Shown: in pieces, positions 12,209-24,050 of the stretch | Layout: each line of letters begins with the position of its first letter | Numbering within the stretch: position 1 is the first letter of the stretch | The notes under the pieces: generated by a model | What the model saw: the letters and a program-made list of their open reading frames with translations, nothing else | The model's database searches: none | Told to the model about the DNA's origin: nothing | Translations under genes and position numbers: made by a program | NCBI RefSeq assembly: GCF_006345805.1 | Contig: NC_043000.1 | Span: forward strand, 5,084,001 to 5,148,000 | Direction: 5' to 3' | Origin: Octopus sinensis | Taxonomy: Eukaryota | Length of the DNA: 64,000 bases

Positions 12209-12362
12209 ATCATCATCATTGTTTAATGCCTGTCTTCAATACTGGCATGGATGGGATGGTTTGACTGGAGCTGGCCAGGCAGAAGCATGCACCAAACCTC
12301 TGTGATTGTTTTGGCAGGATTTTTACAGCTGGATGCCCTTCCTAACACTATCCACCCAGCAG
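12209..12362 (-). mobile_element. RTE-tail fragment
   Basis: (ATC)n followed by the reverse complement of the RTE tail (GCTGGATGCCCTTCCTAA). Confidence 0.65.
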
Positions 12363-12400
12363 AGTATGTATATATATACATATATATACATATATACACA

Positions 12401-12726
12401 CTCTTTACTCTTTTTCTTGTTTCAGTCATTTGACTGCGGCCATGCTGGAGCACCGCCTTTAGTCGAGCAAATCGACCCCAGGACTTATTCTTTGTAAGCC
12501 TAGTACTTATTCTATCGGTCTCTTTTGCCGAACCACTAAGTTACGGGGGATGTAGACATACCAGCATTGGTTGTCAAGCGATGTTGGGGGGACAAACATA
12601 TACACATACATACATACACACATACATATATATACATATATACAACGGGCTTCTTTCAGTTTCCGTCTATCAAATCCACTCACAAGGCTTTGGTTGGCCT
12701 GAGGCTATAGTAGAAGACACTTGCCC
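12401..12726 (-). mobile_element. SINE family A, 5'-truncated
   Basis: Tail and body match family A; stops within CORE. Confidence 0.8.
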
Positions 12727-12739
12727 ATATATATATGTC

Positions 12740-12771
<32 letters not shown>

Positions 12772-14526
12772 CATATAGATAGATAGACATGCATACAAGC
12801 ATATATACAGTGTGTATGTGTGTATGTGTGTGTGTGTCTGTGTGTGTGTGTGTATTACTTATTGGTTTCTGCTGGACTTTCATGAAGTATTTGTCATCAG
12901 ATGGTGCTTACTAATGAAAATCACTGAAGATATCCTTTGGGCGAAAAAAAAAACACAAAAACTTTTAACACTTTGAATGCATACAAGTCCTCTGCTCTTT
13001 CTAATTTCCATAGAGGTGGTGGTACTATAGATTGAAACATTTCTATTTACTCTATAGTGATAGAATCTATTCAAATAAGAAAATACAAAAAAACAAACAA
13101 AAATAAAACAAATAAAAAATAATGGGTAATGAAAAAAACAAGAACAAAAAAACTTACAGATGAATTGATGATGCAGAGCAGACAATCTTATTCCCAAACA
13201 TTCTGCAGTCTCATGCATGGAATTCTGTGTGTAACTATTGAATATATGCTAAACACACATGTACATGCACGCACGCACGCACGCACAAACATTTACAGAG
13301 AGGCACCACGGAAAAATGGAGAGACACATGCGTACATAGATGATAATAGTTTTAATTTGTCTTCTCTCTCTCTTCTCTCTTTTATTTTTTTCTTCTCTTT
13401 TGTTGTTTCGTAGATTTCTTTGGAAGAGACTTCTAACTAACGTTGTTAGACACTGTCCTAGACATGCTAAATCATGCAACTTGTATGTCAAATGGTCATA
13501 AGTATCAGTGGTTATTAAAAAAAAAGCAATGCAAGACATCTATGCCACAGAACTGAGAGAGAGAGAGAGAGGGGGGGGGAGAGGGAACAGACCGTAGCAG
13601 GAACAGAAATGTCATTTGTGAGGTCTTTTGTGCAAACTTCACATCAGTCACAGAATCAATGTTTTCTGGTTGATTCATTGTCTTTCCAATAATCTCAAAA
13701 TCAAAGAAATTACGTTAGCATTTTGTCGCCTTGATTGTGTCTTCTGTGACAGTCAGTGTATAAAAGAACAAGTTTAAATAGTTAAGTTATAATGAGGAAG
13801 CTGAAGCCCAATCAGATAATTCAAACATCCAGATTCATATGTATGTATATATATTTATATCAATGTGTGGTTTCATACATATGTGTGTGTGTGTGTGTGT
13901 ACATGTGTATAAAATGTTAAAAAGTTTCCTATGCATAAATCATCTTATAACAGAACTATGATATACTTAAAGTGATTTTATCATAGAAAGTGGAGAAGTG
14001 CTTGCATCTTTATCAAAATATGCTACTGGTTTCAATTGTTAAGACATTATAGTCATGGAAATAGAAAGGCAGAAATGAATTAAATTAAATTTAATTTACT
14101 TCAGTTCATTTTCCCACTGTCTATTTGCATGACCGTATTATCCTAACAATATAATATCTTGGATAAAAATGTGAACCTTCTTCACTAAAGTCCTAAAAGC
14201 ATTTTCCCCTTTTGTTTTTAACACACATGTGTACATGTATACATATGCATAAATATATATGTATATACATACATATATATATATATACATATATACATAT
14301 ACACACACACACACACATATATACATATATAAACATAATAAGTAATATTAGGGTAATAAGAATTATAGAATTTTTTATTACCAGTGGCCTAGTGCAAAAA
14401 AACATTGTTTTTAATTTTCATTCTTTCATGAATTTATCACTAATTAGTGGTTTGAGTTGTTTACTGCTCTTTCTAGCGCAAGGCTTTCCTATGATGGAAG
14501 ACTCTTAATGTGTTTTAATGTACACG

Positions 14527-14578
<52 letters not shown>

Positions 14579-14750
14579 TTGCTTGTGGGAACATAGTTTT
14601 TGTTTTGCAACCATATACTACCAAGTACATTAAAGTCAATATTGTATCTTGCTTTTGTATTCGTATATGAAACGTGGTAACTTGCAGTGATGGTCCCGAA
14701 TTCTATTGAAAATCTATAGAGATAAACTCAAAAATGGTGTGTGTGTGTGT

Positions 14751-15050
14751 GTATGGCTTGGTGGTTAGGGTGTTGCACTCACGATTGTGAGATTGTAGTT
14801 TTGATTCACAGACCAGCTGTTGTGTTCTTGAGCAAAACACTTCATTTTAAGTTGCTCATTTCACCTGAAATGTGGCATATAATGCACCTGTACAGGTAAT
14901 ATCGATTTGATGGAGAGAGTGAGTTTATGTGAACACAAAAATTTGATCACAATAAACGAATCATCTATGTGGTTGTTCAGCAAGAAATTGCCAAAGCTTC
15001 ATATGCTGTTAACGACAGTAGAGCCCATGATGATGATGATGACGACAATG
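14751..15050 (+). mobile_element. tRNA-derived CORE-type SINE (family C)
   Basis: TGGCTTGGTGGTTAGGGTG head, GTGTTCTTGAGCAAAACACTTCATTT core, (GAT)n end. Confidence 0.65.
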
Positions 15051-16128
15051 ATGATGGTATATATATATAGAGAGAGAGAGAGAGGGGACAGAGAGGAAGA
15101 GAGAAAGAGGGAGAGAGAGTTAAGCTGGTTTTTATATGATCAATTAGATTATATCCAAGAATATTACTGATGTTTACAAGCCAATGAAATCACTTGTGTC
15201 AATAAGAGAAACCCTACGTATTCAATCAACTTGCAAGAATCAGAAGTCAAATCTCCTTCAAACCAAAATGCCAACGTCTTTTCAAAAAAATAGAAGAATA
15301 CAGAGGATAATGCAGTCCTAGATATGTATGTGTGAATAGAAGACAAAGAGAAATGTACACATTCACACACACATACACACACACAAACACACACATACAT
15401 ACATACATACATACATACATGCATACATACACAGACACACACACACACAGATGCACACATACACATACACACATATATGTATATATACATGACAGGCTTC
15501 CACACAGCTTCCATCAACCAAATTCATTCACAAGACATTGGTTGATCTGGGGCTATTGTAGAAGACACTTTTTCCCTATGTGAAACACAGTGGAACTGAA
15601 CCCAAGACCACATGATTTTGAAGCAAACCTCTTAGTCGTACAACCATGTGTCTGCCTAATCATACAATAACGTATAAAGCATAATCATATTTTGTTCTTT
15701 TAATACTTTAAATAATTTAAAGTATTTATCTAGAATACAAATCATAATATTTATAAATTGTGTATAAGCTAATTTTTCAATAAGATGATGCCCCAGTATG
15801 GCCACAGTCCACAGGTTGAGATAGATGAATGGATACAGGAGCTGGTATGTAGTTTGTTGTTTGGCTCTGGAGCAGCTCTGACAAAGCTTTAACCATTCTA
15901 TCTTTTGTTGTCACAAATTGCACTGTTCTAATCTAGCCTTCCTATTGTAAGGTTAGATTTGAGGAAAATTTGGCTGCCATTTCTTGCAAATCAAACAACG
16001 GTTAAATAAAAAATGTCCATTGTTGGCTCGTATTTGTAAATTCTCATGGGTTGCAATAGAAGGTAGTATCAAAAAGTTCCAGGACTAGTTATGTTTAATA
16101 AAATATAACTTATTTACCTAAGTTTTAA

Positions 16129-16165
<37 letters not shown>

Positions 16166-16468
16166 GTTTAACGTCCGCTTTCCATGCTGGCATGGGTTGG
16201 ACGAATGACTGAGGGCTGGCAAACCAGATGGCTGCACCAGGCTTCAATCTTGATCTGGCAGAGTTTCTACAGCTGGATGCCCTTCCTAATGCCAACCACT
16301 CCGAGAGTGTAGTGGGTGCTTTTATGTGCCACTGGCACAGGGCCAGTCAGGCGGTACTGGCAACAACCTCGCTTGAATCTTTTACACATGCCACTGGCAC
16401 AGGTGCCAGTAAGGCGATGCTGGTAACGATCACGCTCGAATGGTGTCTTTTAAGTGCCACCGGCACAG
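16129..16468 (-). mobile_element. RTE-tail element nested in the mariner
   Basis: (CAT)n followed by the reverse-complement RTE tail; mariner sequence resumes at ~16469. Confidence 0.75.
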
Positions 16469-16565
16469 ATCTCTTTTGAAAAAAGTTACCTTGAGCAGCA
16501 GTGCACCAGTCCCAGCATTCCTGCCACTTCTGGAATCTGGCCTGGAAGTTGTTTTCCTTAAGCAG

Positions 16566-16845
16566 TCAAGGACCTTCCGATTTGTTCTTGATCTCAACAA
16601 CGGTGTTAAAACAGCAACCTTTGAGCTGCATTTTCATTTTGGGAAAGAGATGACAGTCTACAGATGCTAAACCTGGTGAATAGGGGGGGGTTGTATTTGG
16701 TGAGAAACTCATGAGTGAGGAGAGCTCAGTGGCACGTTGCACTGTCGTCATGACGTATCCAATTCTTCATACTCAAGAGATCCAATCACTTCTGCCTAAT
16801 ATTCTACCTCAAATGCTTCAAAATGTTGCCGTAGAACTGTTGACT
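16566..16845 (-). pseudogene. Mariner transposase catalytic-domain remnant
   Basis: EFFPQDQIISQQFYGNILKHLR*NIRQK*...KNWIRHDD...PPYSP; contains stops and a frameshift. Confidence 0.85.
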
Positions 16846-17914
16846 GATAATCTGGTCCTGAGGGAAGAATTCTCAAAGCATGTCAAAAAGATGATAAGCA
16901 TGTTCTTGACTGGACTGTGGCTTTGGTGTCCCCTCTTCAGTCATAGAGATGAAGGGCTCTTCCATTGTGACAACTGCTTCTTATCTGTAGACCTAACTTT
17001 CATCACCTGTTATTACTTCTCAAGTTTAACATAAAATTTTACGTTGGTTCTTTGTTCCAACTTCCTGTCCATGACAAAAATTGCAGACTACACCATACAT
17101 GTGATCACAAAAACACAAATTTCACAACTTGCGAAATAAACACAGCAATGTCACTTGGCACACTGCCTCATGAAAGTCACTGGTTGCTCCTTGCTGTGCA
17201 CACAGTCATGTGCTGCCATCTGTTGGCATGCTGCAGAACTAGTCCAGGAACTTTTCAATACCACCTCATATTTGCCCAAGGACAAAGCTAGCTGTATTTG
17301 TTTACTTGGGACATAAGAAATTTATACAAGAAAAGTGCTTATTACTTTAAAACAAAGCAGATATGTATCTTGTAGATGCATATCTGTGTTGTTTTAAACA
17401 CAAACAGAACGAAGCCTCCAGCAAGATACTGTGATACTAAGATGCTGAAAAACATAACCGGGACATTGAGTAGTAGAGCAGTATGTATGCTGTATCACAC
17501 TACATCATTTTGATACAAATAGTTTTTAGCTATGCTAAAGATGAACTACATTAAGATGATGATTTCATCAAAGGAAGATATTTAGAGTTTCCAGAAGTCA
17601 TTCCTTGGCAGAATCTAATTAAATAAACAGTACAGAGATATTTTAGCTGAAGTATGTAAATATTCTGACTTCTTTACATTTTTGAAGTCTGATATCAGTA
17701 ACTAAGGAGAGTCGATATCAAGATACAGACACACACACATACACAAACACATAGACATAGAATATAAATATGTTATATATCTATCTACATCTCTCCTCTC
17801 TCTTCTTTTCTCTCTCTTTCTCTTTATATATGTGTGTGTATAGGTATACATACATATGTGTATGTGTACATACATTTACATATATATAAAATACATATCT
17901 ATATTATACATATA

Positions 17915-17966
<52 letters not shown>

Positions 17967-18752
17967 ATATATATACATAAATACATACATGTGTGAGTGT
18001 GTGTGTGTGTAATGCTTATAGAATATCTAGCTATATTATTTTACACATATTTCATTAACAAGGAATGATTATCAGTTGTATAATGTAAACTATATCATCA
18101 GAATGCCTTATCAAATCTTCAGAGATGTGTAATTTTCATTTGCAATACTACTGCATTACTAAGTGCCGCTATCATTAATTCAACAACAATTGTGTACCCA
18201 CACACATGCATATACACACTTATATACATATAAGCACACACATAAATATATACATAGATGTAGAATTAAGCAAGGTAGGAAAATCTGTTAATAAATTCAG
18301 TGATATCACCCAAAACATATTTCATTAATATGTCATGTAAGGAAAACCTAAAAGCAGATTATATTATCAAATCATCAGAGATTGTGTAACATTTACAAAT
18401 AGCTTAAGTTTTATAATGGACTCCAGACAGTATTAAGGTAACATAGATATTAATATTATTAATGAAATATATGTAAGATTATGTAACTAAATAATTTATG
18501 AATAGATCATCTTTTATTTTTCTATATGTAACCTGTGATTTTCTAACTATGGAGAGCTTGAAAATGAACTTGGAATATAAGATAGGCGCTCTTTACATTT
18601 TCTTTCTTTAGTATTTAAAGACACACATAGAGTACTAAATACAGGTTATATATCATACAAGGTAAATTGTATTATATAATTATATGCATACACACACACA
18701 ACACACATATATATGCATGCTTGTATTTATGCATATTTATAAGAATATATCT

Positions 18753-18785
<33 letters not shown>

Positions 18786-18800
<15 letters not shown>

Positions 18801-19042
18801 TAAAAACGGTAAGATAACAAAAGAAAGAAAGAGACCTCAATATTATGTAAATAGAGGAAATTTATCTATACAATATGTTACATTACTCGGTAGTCAAGAT
18901 AAAACTCTGAGTTTCAGATGCCGAAGTGGAAATCCACAAATAGCCAGATAACCGAAGAGATGGTGTTGTGGATTTCCACTTCGGCATCTGAAACTCAGAG
19001 TTTTATCTTGACTACCGAGTAATGTAACATATTGTATAGATA
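18786..19042. mobile_element. (TA)n-embedded inverted-repeat element, probably a Penelope-like pseudo-LTR with an inversion
   Basis: Perfect 77-bp arms 18863-18939 and 18966-19042 with a 26-nt loop; contains a hammerhead fold; Penelope assignment is inference. Confidence 0.55.
18941..19014 (+). ncRNA. Type I hammerhead ribozyme-like motif
   Basis: Stem I AGAUAA/UUAUCU; core CCGAAGA...GAAA; stem II GAUG/CAUC extended by GUGG/CCAC; palindromic stem III ACUC-A-GAGU; GUU triplet at 19000-19002. Confidence 0.6.
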
Positions 19043-19604
19043 TATATATATATAATATACATATACACACATTAAAATATTTATATGTGCAGATATACAT
19101 CTATATGTACACATACATATATATATATATATACACATATGCATATATACATTTGTACAAACACAGGCATATCTATATCTATATCTATCTACCTATCTAT
19201 TTATATATATTATGTATATGTTTGTGTATTATATATATATATATGTGTGTGTATGTATAAATGCACGCGTGCACACAAGTGTACTCCTGCACAAATATAT
19301 ACTTTCCTATATGTGTTTGCATGTATGTGGTGGGTGTATAAATACATGTGTATACATCTCAGTTGTGTATGATTTTGAAAAGTAGTTTCTTGAATAAGAT
19401 AGAACTTTATTCTTGCTTTTACACTAATATTAGCTCTCATTTATACTTTGTTTATTGAACTATGTTTGATCTGTGCAGAGTTATTAGTTTACTAAAATTC
19501 TTTTGCTTCACTTTATTTGGTACATTATCTTTTATTTTTGTAACACAAGTAATGAGTTCTATGAAGCATAAACTGGTATTGTGTCTTGGTGAAAGACTTT
19601 AATC

Positions 19605-20015
19605 CGACCATCCACACACTCATCTGTCCCACCCTCCATCCATCCATCCATCCATCCATCCTTCCATCCATCCATTATTCATCCATCTGTCCATCCTTTT
19701 ACTCATCCATCCATCCATCCATCCACCCACCCATCCATCCATCCATCCACCCACCCACCCACCCATCCCCATCCATCCATCCATCCACCCACCCATCTAT
19801 CCATCCATCCACTCCACCCACCCATCCATCCATCACCCACCCATCCATCCATCCATCCATCCATCCATCCATCCATCCATCCATCCACCCACCCACCCAT
19901 CCATCCATCCATCCACCCACCCATCCATCCATCCATCCATCCACCCACCCATCCATCCATCTATCCATCCACCCACCCACCCACCCACCCACCCATCCAT
20001 CCATCTACCCATCTA
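19605..20015. repeat. (CCAT)n/(CCAC)n compound microsatellite
   Basis: Read directly from the sequence. Confidence 0.9.
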
Positions 20016-20018
20016 TTA

Positions 20019-20218
20019 TTATTACCGCCACCCTAGCAAAGGCGGAGGTATTGCTTTCTGTCATGTGTTTGTCTATAGAAAAGATATCGCAAGAACTGTG
20101 GGATGGATTTGGATAAAACTTTTAGGGAAGTTTTCCCTCTTGACTGGTATGAAGTGATTAGATTTTGGGATCGATCCAGTATCAGACAAGGATTCTGGAT
20201 TATTTTTCCTGTTTTTCC
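20019..20218 (+). mobile_element. Helentron/DINE-1-like non-autonomous element, 5' part
   Basis: TTATTACCGCC...GGCGGAGGTA imperfect terminal inverted motif followed by a GATGGATTTGGATAAAACTT...GATTAGATTTTGGGATCGATCC body typical of such elements (from recall). Confidence 0.45.
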
Positions 20219-20590
20219 TTGGGCAAGTGTCTTCTACTATCTAATCTTAGGCCGACCAAAACCTTGTGAGTGGATTTGGTAGATAGAAACTGAAAGAAGC
20301 CCGTTGTATATATATATATACACACACACTTATGTATATATTTATGTGAGTATGTCTTTGTGTCTGTAGTTTGACCCCTAGACCCCTACCATCATTTGAC
20401 AACTGATGTTGGTATGTTTACATTCCTGTAACTTAACGGCTCAGCAGAAGAGACCAGTAGAAAAAGTGCTAGACTTACAAGAAATAAGTCCTGGGGTCGA
20501 TTTCTTCGACTAACAAACCCTTTAAAGCAGTGCTCGAGTATGGCCACAGTCAAATGACTGAAACAAGTAAAAGAGTACAAGAATAAAAGA
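20218..20590 (+). mobile_element. SINE family A lacking its head
   Basis: Starts at the CCTTGGGCAAG core and runs through the tail. Confidence 0.75.
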
Positions 20591-20600
20591 AAATCTCTCT

Positions 20601-20824
20601 GTAAGGCAGCAAGCTGGCAGAAATGTTAGCACACTGGTCAGAATGATTAGCGGCATTTCATCTGTCTTTACGTCCTGAGTTCAAATTTCACCAAGGTCGA
20701 CTTCACTTTTTCTCCTTTTGAGGTCGATAAAAAAGGTACCAGTGGAGCACTGGGGTCGATGTAATCAACAAGCCCCCTCCCCTCAAATTTCAGGCCTTGT
20801 GCCTATAGTAGAAATGATGATTAT
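20601..20824 (+). mobile_element. SINE family B
   Basis: GTAAGGCAGCAAGCTGGCAGAAATG head, GAGTTCAAAT B-box, GAGGTCGATAAA central motif. Confidence 0.75.
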
Positions 20825-21496
20825 ATGTCTCTCTCTGGTTTTGGTCTCTCCTCCTCCAAAAAAATAATGAGGATTCTGCAATTTCTTGGTGAACAACCTG
20901 CATAGATGATTTGTTTGTAATGATCAAGTATGTGTTGCACATCGGCTCATTTCCATCAAATCGACACGACAAGACCTGTATAGGTGCATCGTATGTGTCA
21001 CATGTTAGATGTTGAAATGATCATAGAAGAACCAGGTCCAGGAAGCAAAACCATAATCTTACAATCATTAGTGTAACACCCTAACCACTGGACCAAATAA
21101 CATCACCATATGAAACAAAATATAATTTTTTAAAAGATATCATCTCAGTTAAAAGCAAACTTAATTTCAGTGACGTCTATGAATTAGATGTATTCCTTTG
21201 GGACATATTCTAGAAACTGTTGAAAGAAAATGATATGTAAGAGTGCTTTCTTTCTAATTAGAAACTACACTAGTTGCCTTAGTTTCAACTATTTTTTACT
21301 GATAAAGTGGATTGCCAATCCAAAGCTTGTGTTTTGATGATTGGGTGTTGAAAAGAAAAAAAAAAACCTGCAATTAGGAAATGTTGCATAAGGTTTAAAG
21401 GAATTACAGCTAATTATTAACTAATGATATGTCTTAACACTAATAACAACAGCAAAAGCAAGGATAATAACACCAACAACAACTACTTTTTTTTAG

Positions 21497-21725
21497 CCCT
21501 TGGCATTCAGACTACCCTGTCAAATGTGATGCTTATTTATTCATATTGCTTTGAATTGATCATGCATTATCTTCTGACTTTGAGATTTAAATGATGTGAA
21601 TGATTATTTTTACAGTGACGTTGTAGGGTAAGTGTGACAGGCTGGATCTGATCAATCTGAACATAGAACAGGTAGAATATTTTGGTCAGTTATGGGTGGT
21701 TATGGCCAGTTTAGATGCTAAAGTG
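21497..21725 (-). mobile_element. piggyBac-like MITE family 1
   Basis: Reverse complement of 2937-3154; TTAG/TTAA flanks. Confidence 0.65.
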
Positions 21726-21799
21726 TTAACACTCTGCTTACACTGTCAAAGATACAGGAGTATGAAATGGTGAAAGCATTTATAATAGATCATAACACC

Positions 21800-22305
21800 A
21801 TACATACATACATACATACATACCATACATACATACATACATACATACATAAATACATACATACATAAATACATACATACATACATACATACATACACAC
21901 ACGCATACATACATACATACATACATACATACAGACATACCATACCATACATACGTACCTACATACATACATTACATAATACATACATACAAATACACAC
22001 ACACACACATACATACATTACATACATACTCCACACATACATACATACAACATACATACATACAAATACATACCACATACATACTACATACATACACACA
22101 TACATACATACACACACACACAACAATACATACATACATACATACATACACACATACTAATACAAACATACATCCATACATACATACATCATACACACAT
22201 ACATACAACATACATACATACATACACACATACAGACATACATAAATACAAACATACATACAAACATACATACATACAACCATAACATACATTACATACA
22301 TACAT
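21800..22305. repeat. Degenerate (ATAC)n microsatellite
   Basis: Read directly from the sequence. Confidence 0.9.
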
Positions 22306-22908
22306 ATAAACAGACACAGCAGTGGTTAAGCTGCTCACTTTACAACCTTGTAGTTTTTGATTCACTGCCACCGTGTTGCACTTTGAGCAGGTCACTCTTA
22401 CTATAGATTTAGACTGACCAATGCTTTGAGAGTGGAACTCATAGATGGAAATTGTAGGAAGCCCAGTGTTTGCATATGTGCATGTGTATATGCGTGTGCT
22501 TGTGTACTCATATGCATGCATGTGTGTGTGTATGTGTGTGTGCATGTGTGTCTCTGTGTGCACGTGCGTGTGTGTGTGTGCATGCGTGCCTCCTCTTATC
22601 TCCTCCAGACAATAAACCTGTTCTTTTCCTTAGTGGCATGTCAACTTTGGAAAATTTTGGAATCTAGAGATCATCTCCTCTTTTCAAATGGAGCCAGTCT
22701 TAATTACTATTTGGTAATTATGACACACCCTCTAGATGTGGAAGTAATTTTAATAAATCTAGAATCTATGTTGTATGGTATTTAACAAACCTGTATTTGC
22801 CTCAGTTATTTCTCTTAGGTCATTTTTGCTTAAATTGTGCATATAGACAGACGGATAGATGTACAGGAAGATAAGCAGATAGATAGAAGGATAGATATGT
22901 ACATAGAT

Positions 22909-22947
<39 letters not shown>

Positions 22948-23115
22948 TCTGTGTACATGTGTGTACACAGATATATGCATATGTGTGCAAGTGTGTGTAC
23001 TTGTCAATTATGTCCCCACTAACATTCTAATGGTTCAGCTAGTTTGATTTAATAATAACAATAATAATAATAATAATGCTGATGATGATGACTTTCATAT
23101 TAATGGCTTTATTTA

Positions 23116-23573
23116 GGCATAACTGCATTTAGGAACTTTGCTTTCCAACCACATGGTTTCAAGTTCAGTCTCACTGGGCAGCATCTAGGGCCAATGTCTT
23201 TTCCTACAGCCCTGGGCTAACCTTAGCCTTACAAGTGGACTTGGAGGATGAAAATTGAAAGTAGCCTATCATATATACACGTGTGTGTGTGTCTGTGTGT
23301 GTGTATGAATTTATGTATGTGAGAATGCCTGTATGTTTGTGTCTCCTTGTCTTGATATAGCATGATAGTTGTAAATGAGTGTCACTGTCATACAAGCAGT
23401 GTCATTTATTTCCAATATTCTGTGAGAACATATCTGGTCATGAACAAAAATTTTACCTTGGAAACAAGTGAAGATTGGCAATTGGAAGGGCATCTAGCTG
23501 TAGAATATCTGCCTTGATAAGCTTTGTCCAAGCCATATAAGCATCGGAAAGTAAACATTAAAATGCTGATGAT
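23116..23573 (+). mobile_element. CORE-type SINE with RTE-derived tail (family A2), decayed
   Basis: Family A head and CORE, TG tract, then GGAAGGGCATCTAGCTGTAGAA...GAT tail. Confidence 0.6.
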
Positions 23574-23996
23574 ATTGAAGCAATACTGACGGTGAGGACA
23601 AAGAGATGGCAGCCAATAATGACAATGATAATAATGATGACAGCAATGAGCTATTAACTGATAATAATAATGATAAACACATAAACAACAGGCCGACTGA
23701 CCACCCACCCCTTAAGCTACAGTCATGTGTCATCAAGAAAGAAGGTAAAAAGGAAGTTAGTTATAGGGTGAAGAATCAGGAATAAGATGATGAGGAGCAG
23801 GTGGGAAATGACAGAAGGCAGGACAAAGAAGGGAAAAAATATTCAAAGCATTGTCCCAGAAAGCATTTGCTAGAAAAAAAAAACAGGTAAAAAAAAAGAG
23901 ATACTTGAGGATGCGGTTTTGGCCTACCTTCTTCGGCTAACAGTTAAGAGGGGTAGAAAAAAAATAGTAACTGCTCCTTGGCATCGTTTAGAAAAT

Positions 23997-24050
23997 GCTT
24001 ACCTGCTAATTGAAGAGAAATTGAGTAGTTTAGACAAGAAAAAATGAGGG
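23997..24050 (-). promoter_or_regulatory. Candidate recursive (zero-length exon) splice site
   Basis: Minus strand reads ttttttcttgtctaaactactcaatttctcttcaattagcag|GTAAGC. Confidence 0.35.

Larger units (their letters stand above)
16059..17268 (-). mobile_element. Decayed Tc1/mariner (mariner-like) transposon with TIRs, internally deleted
   Basis: TIRs GAAGGTAGTATCAAAAAGTTCCAGGACTAG / CTAGTCCAGGAACTTTTCAATACCACCTCA with TA on both flanks; minus-strand translation KNWIRHDDSATCH* ... PPYSPGLASVDCHLFPKMK matches the mariner HDNA and YSPDLAPxD motifs. Confidence 0.9.

Noticed and set aside
13590-13770. Possible first coding exon MNQPENIDSVTDVKFAQKTSQMTFLFLLR (minus strand)
   Set aside because: No good donor site after it and no recognisable protein
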